A DNA stretch of 51,380 bases, from assembly GCA_002256025.1 (NCBI GenBank), contig NKIB01013792.1, forward strand, positions 1-51,380, in the 5' to 3' direction. The notes under the pieces were generated by a model. It did not search any database and was not told the DNA's origin. It was given only the letters and a program-made list of their open reading frames with translations. Of this stretch, positions 33,900 to 45,250 are shown in pieces (the first letter of the stretch is position 1; each line of letters opens with the position of its first letter). The stretch comes from Asterionella formosa (Eukaryota). A program made the position numbers and the translations under genes.

Positions 33900-34912
33900 G
33901 GGCGCACTCTGGTAATAAAATTTATTATATCATGCGTGTATTATTCATAAATTATGTTATCTTTGTCACGCTTTGATAATTGAGATATTTTAGATTGCTT
34001 ATCTGACGACATTAAATATGTATTTAATAATAATTTATAGAGTTAAATGTTCACGTCGAGCAATGCATCTTCTTGTATGCTATGCCACCTACTGTTTATT
34101 ATATGCATGAGTTTCATAAATTCATCATTGTCAGTCACTGACCATGTCGGCTTTCCTTGCGTCTCCTGATGATGATGACATTATCATCACATTGCTGATG
34201 TTAGAAATGTGCGATCCATCACTAAACAAGATGCCATTATTCAGTGGAAGTTTATCTGTTGATGAGGTCAGAAGAAGAAGTGGCAAAATCCGGCGCCATG
34301 CACTATAGCATCCATTGTCAAGGTCATTCTGGTTTTTTTCAACAGCAAGCATGATGATGCTCTCATCACATTGTGCGGGTTTGACCATGTCTTCTTCGAG
34401 CTCCTACACCAGCAGCTCTTAATCCTTGTTTTGATTCCTTTACTCCCTGTAGAAAAATAAGGATTTCATTGTTAGAAATTCAACAACCAAGAAAGGTCAG
34501 CAAAGATACCACTGCTCCATCAGTTATCTGGGCGGCACTTACTTTAGCATGGACCAGGACTCATGGTTCCTTTATGATTCTTCAAATCATTTTCGGATTA
34601 ACTCATCCATGATGCTTTGATTGTTTGGTTAAGGTTTTCAAAGCGAATGTTTGTAAAAGTGTTTCTGACAAATGAGCAAGCAAGTCTTGAAATGTTCTGG
34701 GAAATTCTATGTAGTCGTTCATGCCTATACATTCTTATAGAATGCACTGTTATTTTTAAAATCTTTAAAAAATTTGTGCTTTAGGTGCTTACTGGATTTA
34801 CCAAATTTGGTCAACACAAACACAAATTTTTGGGTTATGAGTACAACGATTTGTGTGACAATACACATATTATACCCGTTATGTTAGTTTTTATCATCAT
34901 CAGAGCGCGCCC
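33900..34912 (+). mobile_element. Internally deleted PIF/Harbinger-superfamily DNA transposon
   Basis: Imperfect TIRs GGGCGCACTCTGGTAATAAAA / TTTTATCATCATCAGAGCGCGCCC with flanks ACT/ACG. It encloses a transposase remnant. Confidence 0.7.
34144..34700 (+). pseudogene. N-terminal remnant of a Harbinger/IS5-like (DDE_Tnp_4-associated) transposase
   Basis: Manual translation: MSAFLAS...RRRSGKIRRHAL*HP (TAG at 34306), frameshift, DDALITLCGFDH..FELL, then LTLAWTRTHGSFMILQIIFGLT and WLRFSKR. These resemble the N-terminal/HTH region of stramenopile DDE_4 transposases. The DDE core is absent. Confidence 0.7.
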
Positions 34913-36285
34913 ACGCACTGACCATTTTTTATTTTTTAGGCGTTGTGGTCGGTTCGACCTAAAATTCAGAATTGAAGAAAATGTTCTTCATTGGCTTTCT
35001 TCGTTGTTCAGGCTCGTGAATATCTGAGGGAATACCTGTGGACCGGTAAGGGTAACCATTAGCAAACCGGCATCAGAATGCCAGTACCAGTAGGTCTATG
35101 GTGGTGCAATGTGGTGCAGCGACAATATGACGTCAGCAAGGATTCATTAACGGCAGTAACCTATATATATGATACAAAATGCTTGCAATATTTTATTAGT
35201 ACCTGTATGTCCCATAACATGTACCGGTATGTAACGGGTAGCCTACGGCCGTTGGCTACTACAAAATACATATCTTATATGAACCTGATCGTGATCCTAT
35301 GTATTAAATATCACTACGGTAGTGCAGCTCGAAGCACGGATTCTATATATGGGTAGTCTGATGGTGCAATTTTGGTTTCTCTAAGTGATAGTGGTGCAAT
35401 CGGTGGTGCAATTGTGGTGCAAATGCCAATGGGCAGTTGAATTTACGAATAGTTTTCTCTTTTTCAACCCTGTTTGGGAAAAGTCCCGGTAGACTACTGG
35501 TACCAGGTACCGTATCTACGACCGGTTCATACTGGGCGTAAAAATTATGTAGCTACCGGTGGTAAGCTCCAATTGACTTTTTTGACTTTGAGATACTATA
35601 TTCATAGCTAATGAATGTATTTTCTCATAGCACCGGCACCATCAGTAAGTAGATCTACGGTACACGTATCGGTAGAGTTTCCAAAAGTGTTGTGCTTTAT
35701 ACATGTAACAATACATACTATACCGGTACACATGTTTGTTTGTCCTACTACTGGGTACCCTGGTACCGGTATTTTGCTGTATGGATATTAATGAGCATGG
35801 GAACAAATGATGAATCGATACCAGGGAGGTCACTATCACTTTTAGAGCTACAACTGCGCGCAAGCTGCCTCCTTCTCCTCCCACTAACTAGAAAAATAAG
35901 AAAGATTCGTCACGTGCTACCGGTAGTAGTGATGATGCGGATCCGCAGGACCGATGAATACAGGTATCGGCATCCTTTCAGTACACAGAGTACAGGTACC
36001 CCCCCAGGTAGATGATATTTTTTTGCCAGTCATGGTATTATGAACCTATTCGTACATGAGGGTAGGGAATCAACAGTGAGCAATTTCGGAAAGTTTCACG
36101 AGAGATAATCAGAGCCTGCATGGAGCGCGCTCAAGGCCGAAAACCCAAAACGCACGATTGGTTTCTCCAATGCAATCTCGATATGTAAACGGCACAGCCA
36201 CTCGCTCCCCATTTCCATCGTCACCAAGAATCTATTTGGTATATTTGACAAAGAGTCCACGAGAAACCCAACGGCATCATCCACC

Positions 36286-37602
36286 ATGGGAGACGACATT
36301 GAATTCACCCACGATCAGCATGAGATTCAATTGAAAAAGAGTGGATCCTGTGACAGGTCCAAACCCCCTAGTCCAACATCTTCGAACTCATCACAGGAGC
36401 AGGCAGTGGAAAAGAAAGCGAGCGGCTGTTCCCGCGCCGTCTGTTGCCTAATACTCGTGGCTGTTATTGTTGTTGTAGCTGTCACGGTCGCAATGGTTAC
36501 ATTGAAGCTTACCGGCTATTTTGATGAAACTCCATATCAATTCACTCCGGCTGTTGTGAATTCGACTCTATGCAATGGCTTGGAGTCTAACTGCGGGTGG
36601 AGAGCAAATGAGATTATGTATGCTGGTGTTCATAATGCAATGAGCTCAAAAGAGGACGGATTTTTGCAGTGGAATAACCTATTATCTCTGGAGGCAAGTC
36701 TTGGCATGCTTCTGCTTGCACCAGTCGTCGATTCAGGTCTATTCTCACACAATCATTTCTTGGAAAGCAGAAAGCTCTAGAGGCTGGTTTCCGGGTGCTA
36801 TTTTTAGATACTTGCGAGTGCAGTGTTATTGGAGTGGCTTTTTGTCATGACATTTGCGCAGGTGGTTTCCGACAAGTAACTGCAGTGATTTCTGCCATTA
36901 CTACTTTTTTGATTCTCAATCCTCGTGAAGTTGTAATCGTTGAGCTTCAAGTCGGAAGCAGGTCCTTGCAAGACATCTTTGACATTGCTGACCAAGTTCC
37001 CGGTTTTGTTGATCTTAAATACATCCACACAAATATGAGTAGGACGGATCCTTGGCCTACAATGAAAGAAATGATCGACAGCAACAAGGTAAGTAACCGA
37101 GAATAGCGATTTTATGGTTGATTTCCAGGTCTGCGAATCATGGTACTTACGCTGCAATTTCTTCCCATGTTAGAGATTGGTTATTCTCCAACATGATGGC
37201 GGAAGCTGTCAAAAAGGACAATGCCCTGAAGGAGTGCTGGACACATATGTGTATGCTGGCGAGACCCCTTTTGATGCAAAACTCATTGGCGGTCTCATGA
37301 ACCTTACTGACACTTGTAGAGTGAGTCGAGGAGACCACAGAAACTCTTTCTTCATTTCCAACCATTTCGGAAATGACGAGTATGGTCTCCCTTCGTACAG
37401 TACCGCTGTCGAAGCAAACACAGTCCAGAATTTGCAAATTCGTTTGGATGCTTGCAACCAAATGGTAGGAAGAAGAGTTAACTTTTTGGTGGTTGATTTC
37501 TGGAGTGTTGGTAATGTTCTTGATGTTGTCAACTCCTACAACATGGCTTTAGGCTTTGCCACCACGATGCCATCGGTCGCACCTAGTGTGGCACCATCGT
37601 AA
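36286..37602 (+). CDS. PI-PLC X-domain-like phosphodiesterase, type II membrane protein (paralog 1); exons 36286-36693, 36771-37088, 37174-37602
   Basis: TM helix, then LCNGL..NC, AGVHNAMS, ALEAGFR..LD, FCH, P.EVVI.EL, WPT..EMIDSNKRL.I, NHF and VNF.VVDFWS.G. Intron 1 is GC-AG and intron 2 is GT-AG, both at the same positions as in paralog 2. Confidence 0.85.
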
Positions 37603-39021
37603 GTTTGATGCCATCATCTCCTCCTCTTTCATGTGGAGCGTCTTGTTGTCCTCTAGTTCACCTTGCATTCATGATTATGTAGACTATGCCAGCACTGGTA
37701 AACAAGGCACTTTATATTTGTGCAGACAAATACGGTTCATATTAGTATGTAGAATTTCTTGATACACGGACTCAGGTGGTACAAGACTAAATAAAGGATA
37801 AATATGGTATGTTCCAGTGGTCCCTGTGTGCTAAATTCCTTACATTCACAGCAGTACACATTCTTAGAAGCTCTGTGCTAGAGTCTTAAAAAAGACAGCA
37901 ACATTTTGCTTCCTTATTTTATTGTGAGCTTATTCAACTAGAAATCGATTTACAATCGATTGAACTCCACTTAATTCAGATCAGTTAGATCTTGGATGTT
38001 CTGCCCAAGCTTTTATATGGATAACCAAGTTATGATAATGAACTGGTCTTGATCATTCAATCATTCATTTACTTCATGAAATATATAGAATAATGTATAA
38101 CTTACATCTTCAGCAACTCCAATAATGACCCTGTGCCTGTGAATAATTCATTACACAGAACATTCACATTTCCAAATATTCCATCCCATCTTGTTAATTG
38201 TATGTACATCGTCATCATTAACACTAGTTCCAATTCTTCACCAGAAATTTTTTCTTTATTTGATATTTACAATGCTCGCATTCATGGAATGCGGTTAGCC
38301 CTCACCCAAATTCACTCTAGCCTTTGTCCTCTCCTCATTCCAGCAATACACATTTTGGAGCAACAAATAATGTGACGCTGGAAGGAACATACCACCCGGA
38401 TGTGTGATTCAAAAATTATGCCGAGCAACTTTTCTTCAAAATTTTGTATTTACATCTGTTAACGCCCCTTGGGGACTTTCGACTCTATTTAAAGACCGAC
38501 AGGTTAGGCTCATGATATCAAGTTTTTACTTTGGTAGATACCGTACACATGAACATTTATGTACCGGTATGTTGTTTCTTAGCCGCGCCTCACGCTCCGA
38601 ATGGCATGTGTTCTATAGGTCAACGTACATAAATATAACTCAAAAAATTTATACTAAGTATTCATATAACAATCTTTCAAATAGTTTTGACTTGTAGTAT
38701 GGAGTACAGTGTTGTATTTTCCGAGTAGATCACAGTCGATTACCTGTATGCATATTTTTTTATATGTGAAGAAAAGATAAATGAAGGATCACTGATTTGG
38801 AACATTGGATTTTTTGAGACCGACTTACCGGTATTAGAGTTCGGCGTGCCCAGTGAGAGCTATGTATGGCGTGAGCAACAATGATCACATAGCGGTATAC
38901 TCCACTGAGACGCGGATGTCCAAAAAGTGTTAACAAACACGATCGACTCGACGTCCAATGAACACATATACTAAAGCATTAAAGTTCTCCCACCTGCAGG
39001 AGATCTGTTGTAAACGCAAAC

Positions 39022-40991
39022 ATGGACAACGATATTGAAATATCTCATGCTGATCACGCCTCACGACTTCAAAGCTGGTACGGTCATTCAAGCCCAGAAG
39101 GAGAGTCGACCAAGCGAGAGTCGCAACAAGCTTCGTCGACTGCTTGTGACACAATAAACAATCAAAGTTCTCTGGCAAAAAAGGCATCTGATGAAGCAGG
39201 AAAAAATGTTGAGAAAACGAATCAACGCTGGGTGTGCTGCAACGGTCGATGCATGACATGGGGATTCATTTTTGTCATTATTGTTGGCGCAGTTACCGTA
39301 GGGATCGCAGCGTGGCAAGCTGGGGTTTTTACCTCTCACACAGCCACTTTATCGATGTCTGTCACTTCGTCGACGACACAATCGCCAATCCAACTGTGTA
39401 ATGGACTAGCGTCGAACTGCGGCTGGAGAGTTAATGAGATTATGTTTGCTGGCGTTCATAACGCAATGAGCTCCAAAGCGGACGGTTTTTTGGAGTGGAA
39501 TAATCTCGAACCTCTAGAGGTGAGTCTTTGTTTGCCGCCCTCGATATGAATGTACATATGCCATGCTCACACCATCAATATCATGCACACAGAAAGCTCT
39601 AGAGTCTGGGTTTCGAGCCTTACTGATTGATTCATGCAAATGTCGTGTTGTGGGTGTTGCACTTTGTCATGAAGTTTGTGTTGGTGGATTTCGAGAAGTG
39701 GCTCCTGTGTTTACTCACATTCTGGACTTTCTGGCCCTTAATCCAGGCGAAGTTGTGATCATTGAGCTTCAAGTTGGAATGGGTTCGTTTGCTGAACTCA
39801 TGGACGCTATGTTTAAAATTCCCGGATTCGCCAGTGCTATATATGAACACCCTGGTATAGAGTACGACTGGCCCTTAATGCAAGACTTGATTGATAGCAA
39901 CAAGGTAAGGACTCATTTTTCGGTCTTGATTCTGGTGAAATGATTGGGGTACTAACACTGAAGTTCTTCCGTATAACCAGAGATTAATTGTATTTCAACA
40001 TGACGGCAACAACTGCAATGAGCAACGACAATGCCCAAAGGGAGTCCTCAACACATACACCTATGCATTCGAGACCCCTTATGACGCCAAGGGAATTGAA
40101 GGTCTCATGAATATCACAGATACTTGTAGAGTGACTCGAGGTGACTACAGAAATGCATTTTTCATGTCCAACCATTTCGCCGGAAATCAACTACAGCTAC
40201 CCGAGTATAGTATCGCTGTGGAAGCCAATTCAGCACAAAATTTGCAAACTCGCTTGGATGCCTGTCATGAAATGGTAGGACGACGAGTCAACCTATTGGT
40301 GGTTGATTTCTGGAGTGTTGGTGATGTTGTTTCTGTTGTCACTGCGTCCAACGAGGCATTAGGTTTCAGAAGTGCGGTGCCCTCGATGGGACCATCTCCT
40401 GTAATCTCTTTGTCACCATCGGCTCGTCCATCGTTGCTGCCATCGAGGCTAAAATCATCAATGGAACCTTCTTATTTCCCATCGTTATCGCCTTTAGAGC
40501 CTCCAACACTGATGCCATCGAAACGAATGCCATCCATCGGACCTTCTTATATCCCATCGATATTGTCGTCAGAGTCTGTTACTTTGACGGAAGCGCCATC
40601 AACAGAACCTTCTTATCAACGAACTTGGTCACCATATCAATTGGTCGAACAAACTGGACAACCCTCAAATGCGAGTATGCTAAGTGTGTCGCCGTTGGTA
40701 TTTTCAACATGGGCACCATCTCCAACTGTACCAACTAAAAGACCTTCAAATTGGCTGACGCTGGGGCCATCTAAGTTATCTGATCATCCAACAAGTGCTC
40801 GGCCAACAGCAGCAGCGAATATATTCTCTGGCTCGATTGAACCTCATGGGGTGCCTACTTTTTCGCCTTCGCTTAATTTGACATCAAGTACACCGACATT
40901 GGCAAGATCCCAGACTGCAGGGCCAGGGAGCCCATCACCATCGCCCACGGGTGCCGAGGTGTCCCACAGTCCGTCAGAACAGCCCTCGTAG
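39022..40991 (+). CDS. PI-PLC X-domain-like phosphodiesterase with Pro/Ser/Thr-rich tail (paralog 2); exons 39022-39519, 39593-39904, 39981-40991
   Basis: Same motifs as paralog 1, with GT-AG introns 39520-39592 and 39905-39980. Carries a ~200-aa PSxxPS-rich C-terminal extension. Confidence 0.85.
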
Positions 40992-41639
40992 GATATGCAT
41001 CCCTTTGTGCTGCCCAATTCTCCCACCTACTTCATTATCGCCGCCACCACAACAGGCCAATTGGAATTGTCATGTTTAACAGCCATAGCTTACTTTTCCA
41101 TCTGTTATTGTTTCACCCCCATAGATATATTTAAACTAAATGATTGAATGAAATGCATATACCTATGGGACTCGGTCATTCTGTAGGCGTTGGCCCCGGG
41201 CGTATTAATGACAATAAAAAGTGAAGTTAGTGTGGTGCCATGAACGCTCCGCTGGATCAGGAGCGATTAGCAATATCTTCTATGTAGTGCTTACTCAGTC
41301 CTGGATGTCAATGTAAAATGTAAACCTGAATCTGCTGCTGGAACTACATTGAGGCTGAACCAGCTAGCAGCGTCCTGCATATTCCGCCCGTAAATCAATT
41401 TGCTGAAGTTCTTCGATATTTTTCACTTTACCGGTATCTATGTACCAGGGTACATGTTCTAGTTGTTCATATTGGGTCCTACATGTTTTTCTCACAGAAT
41501 TTGCTTGAAAATATAGAAGCTCTTACCGATACTAGTTGCTGCTTAGCAGTGCTCCAAGGTCATTAACATAAGCAGCTGCGATGGAATCGAGGCAAGCATA
41601 CAAAAGTTTTGTGCAAAAAGAAAAGTTGGACAGCAGAGC

Positions 41640-41712
41640 TTCCGCTACCGGGACTCGAACCCGGGGATCCTGCGTGAAAGGCAAGTATGTTAACCACCTA
41701 CATCATAGCGGA
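41640..41712 (-). tRNA. tRNA-Glu (anticodon TTC)
   Basis: Reverse complement TCCGCTA-TGATGTAGGTGGTTAACAT-A-CTTGC CT[TTC]AC GCAGG-ATCC-CCGGGTTCGAGTCCCGG-TAGCGGA-A. The acceptor stem is complete and a downstream T-run terminator is present. Confidence 0.97.
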
Positions 41713-41832
41713 CTGCGTCAAAGAGGAGGATGCAAATTAAATACCTAATCACAAAACGAAAGGATCAAATGTGACAAGCAAGGATCGATATCCCCTAAAT
41801 CAGAGTAGATTACGGTATCCTGGTACCAAGTA

Positions 41833-42604
41833 CCAGTAAAAAACTGCCATGACCCATTGAGTTAGGGTGTTCGTTTGACTCCTCTGACTAATGGTAAATT
41901 CTACCGAATTGCGGATCCGTTTGTTCGATGGTTTCAGAGCAGCATCGATCAATCAAGCTGTTTTGTTAGAATTCCGATTGAACGATTTCATCAGAAGATA
42001 GGATGATAATAAAACAGCTAAAAAGTGATTTCAATGGGTCATGGCAGTATATACTTTTTCTGGATAAACATATATAAATTTATATACATTTTCGAGCACG
42101 GATTAGGTCATGTGTTAAAGCACTTGTCATGCATGTTAATAGAACAAAGGTGCGATGAATACCCGTTATGTACTCCCTACCTGTTATACCCGTAATCATG
42201 CATAACGCATTTGCATGATGATGCCGCGCGCCTAAATAATTTGCCATCTCCGTAGAAGTCAATATCAAGACAAGATATACTATATTGTCGCAAGTGAGGT
42301 GAAGGTTCAAATCATTATATTGATCGTCGTATATCATATGATGCGGTGACTTCTAAACTTACCCTTATCCGTGTTCTTCATGGTTTTTCGGTCGATTGAC
42401 CGTTTCAGGCAATCTATCGAGATAAACAACTTGCTCCAAATCTCAAACTAATTACATGGCTGACTAGCCTATATGCTCGGGAAGGAGCCAGAACTCTCAA
42501 AATCTCTTTTTATTTAAGTTTTGATTGCAAAACGTGTTATTCTGCGTTCAATGGGACACGGCAGTTCAAAAATATTCTCAATGGGTCATGGCAGTTTTTA
42601 CTGG
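41833..42604. mobile_element. MITE with ~28-bp TIRs and TA flanks (Tc1/mariner-pogo-like)
   Basis: TA|CCAGTAAAAAACTGCCATGACCCATTGAG ... CTCAATGGGTCATGGCAGTTTTTACTGG|TA. Extra internal copies of the TIR core occur at ~42032 and ~42548. No coding capacity. Confidence 0.88.
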
Positions 42605-42618
42605 TACCAGGTACGCTG

Positions 42619-43091
42619 GAAGATCCGGTAACCAGCGCTGATAGCGCGCATGTTGCTCGTTTTCTGGTCACCATCGATTCACATGCGAAAAAATGCACCC
42701 CCCAAAAATAGTCAAACCCCTAAATTTTGCGCCACTCCGTTTTTCTTCGAATAATTTTTTTGCATAAGCATTCGCGTTAGTAGTTTTATTGTCAAAATGA
42801 ACTTGAAGTCAGCAGTCAGTAAGTTGAAGTTAGCAGTCAGTGATTTCATGTTAATAGTCAGCAAATGAAGTCATCAGTCAGCGACTTTTTCAAATTTTCA
42901 GCAAAACGAAGTCCTCAGTCAGCAAGTTGAAGTTGGTAGTCAGCGATTCTGCTATGAAAGGTGGCAGCGCTTTTCCGTTTGAAACTTTGTAACATCACTT
43001 TGGATTTGGTGTGAGCCGGTCAAACTACCAATAAAGTAGATTGAAACCACCAAGTTTAAAGTGCGCGCAATTTGCAGATTATCAGATCTTC
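42619..43091. mobile_element. MITE, PIF/Harbinger-superfamily-like (CWG TSD), copy 2
   Basis: CTG|GAAGATCCGGTAACCA ... AGATTATCAGATCTTC|CTG. Internal blocks CACCCCC.AAAA...AAATTTTGCGCCACTCCGTT, AAGTCAGCAGTCAG and AGTCAGCGATTCTGCT.TGAAAGGTGGCAG are shared with copy 1. Confidence 0.85.
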
Positions 43092-44401
43092 CTGGCGACA
43101 ATACGACTTGCGACAGAAGACGCACAGATATTCTATTCAGGTTATAATAGTGATAGTGACAAATTGTGTTCGGTTTCCCGCAAATATTTCAGTGGCCAGC
43201 CGATGTAAGATGGCATTTGGCGGTATTTCCACCATGTACGGAATGAATTTATGTATGTTAAATTGGTTTCTAATAGTTAAATTAAATGCTAATAATTTTG
43301 TTGTTTTTTTGTTTATGTCTATGTAACTAATAACAAACGCAGTTTTTCGGGTAAGCCGACCCTCACGTAGCAAGTTGCTTCGTATGTTGGCTAAGTAATC
43401 CTTCATATGCAAACAGTAAAGACACTACTGGTGCCGGCGATTTGAGGCAATTGTTTTTGCCAAGAGGAAGTACCAGTTATTCTTAGTCACTTTATTGCGA
43501 ACAAATTACCAGGCTACCTGAATGCATATCATGTAATCATGATGATACTTGCATACTCAAAACTTTTTGTATGTGGATGTAGATTATGTATAGCAATCAA
43601 TTATAGGAATTTGCATCCTGTTAATTGCTGTAAGAGAGTGGTTGCTCATGGTGTACTGATGATAATGTAAACAACATCAATTACCGGCAATGTCATTATG
43701 AGGCTGTATGTAGTAGGCCTATGTAAAATGTAAATGAATCTCAGACATCCTTCTACCCCCAGCAGGTACCAGCAATTCCTGCTCCAGCTATCATCTTGCC
43801 ATTCTGGTACTTCTGGCAAGATGTTTTAGGGCTGTTTGTATCATTTTTTCATTGGTCATCATTGGTGTATTATTTGTGGATTTTGTTTTGAAAATGACGG
43901 TATGAATCATTTTTATGTCTCACCAATAATGGGATTATGGGTGTGATCATGGGTGTATCACTGATACAGCTTTTGGACCTTTGACCAATGCTGTATCAGT
44001 GATCACCGCCATTGATACCTGTGTATCATGTCCGTTGTCGCTGATAAAATAATAGTAAAAACACCAGCATTACAATTAAAAATTTCGCCTTTCGTAAAAT
44101 ACATCTTGTTGGTGGCTGAAAATCAACGTAAGCACCACAGCCCAACACGAAAACACCCCTACTGCGGGCAATGGATTGTTCTAATTATGTTTAAAATTCA
44201 AATTCTACACTCACGCCACTTTTGCAAGCCCTTATGTCATATGATAGTCTCGTTGTTGTCGTGTTAGTAGTCATAGCTTCAGTCGTTGCAAGGACAAATC
44301 AATTGCTCTAGTATTTGCATTCCTACTATAAATTGACGACTTTTCTCTTACATCATATTTTCGTCATTCCTATATTTTCGTCATGAGGATTTGATATTAG
44401 A

Positions 44402-44500
44402 GGGAATTGCTTAGTCGTTTATCATGTTGCCTTTGATCTGAGGTTGTGAGTCTCGATTCCCGCAACTTTTTGAAAAGCAATTGTTGGGTTCGACTCCCAT
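44402..44500 (+). other. Degenerate tRNA-like / Pol III A-box and B-box segment (possible SINE head)
   Basis: TTGCTTAGTCGTT (A-box-like), GAGTCTCGATTCCC (B-box-like), a T-run at 44467-71 and a second GGTTCGACTCCC at ~44487. No intact cloverleaf. Confidence 0.4.
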
Positions 44501-44981
44501 AATCATCACCGTCCCACACAGTCTTGCCTGTTGTGCCAGAAATATTGGGTTGCCACTATACGAGCAGCTTGTACCGCATTCCTACTAGGTAGTCGGAGCT
44601 TCCCCCTAACGCTGCGGCTAAGGTGATCACCTTTTGCGAAAGGTGGTTGGGGACTCATCTACGCTAACAAAACTAGGGAAGCATAGGCCTTGTTGGCAGG
44701 TAGCACAGTGAAAGACTTGCCTAGAAATAGGATGTAAGAATGGGCTATGAAACATACTATCCATTTTATGAAGATATATTAGTCATCCAAGGTGGCGCAG
44801 TGACGCATTTGTCATATTGATGGGGAAATGGCCGGTTATCAACATGGCCAGCCAATGCATTGACGAGAAGGTGATGATGAGTCTACCACTATCATGTATA
44901 GACAATCTCCATCACAAAATGTATTTGTTTTATATCTCATATTTGTGGGCTACGTATATGCATATTTTTGAAGATATATAT

Positions 44982-45250
44982 TTAGATGTTCATTGCTGGC
45001 CTCTTGCACTGGCATAAGGGGGAGAGGCGAAGCCGAGTTCCCCGATCTCCTGAATTACTTGTACGCTGCCATGCATTGACCGCCAAATACACTGATTCCA
45101 CCCATTGCCGTTTTTGGTGTAAGATTTTGCGCGTAATTGGCACTTCTGCTGGAAGAAGAAGGAAAAAACATTTATCCTCCACGCGTACTTTCCCTTTGTC
45201 CCTTTCATATTGTGCAATGATCATATCATCGACTTCTTTCATCAGCCAAT
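44982..45250 (-). mobile_element. Probable 3' fragment of a non-LTR (LINE) retrotransposon ORF2
   Basis: Copia RT homology stops near 45250 and is replaced by EVDDMIIAQYERDKGKVRVEDKCFF...LHQKRQWVESVYLA. This resembles the I..qy......D..lf......k.qWl.sv..A C-terminus I recall from stramenopile LINE proteins. Confidence 0.45.

Noticed and set aside
44402..44471. Functional second tRNA gene
   Set aside because: The acceptor and anticodon stems do not pair, so it is reported only as tRNA-like.
44640..44670. Hammerhead ribozyme on the minus strand (AGATGAGTCC)
   Set aside because: It lacks the CUGA start and the downstream GAAA core.
44000..45240. 3' LTR and PPT of the copia element
   Set aside because: I found no similarity to 50727-51230 and no RNase H upstream of it.
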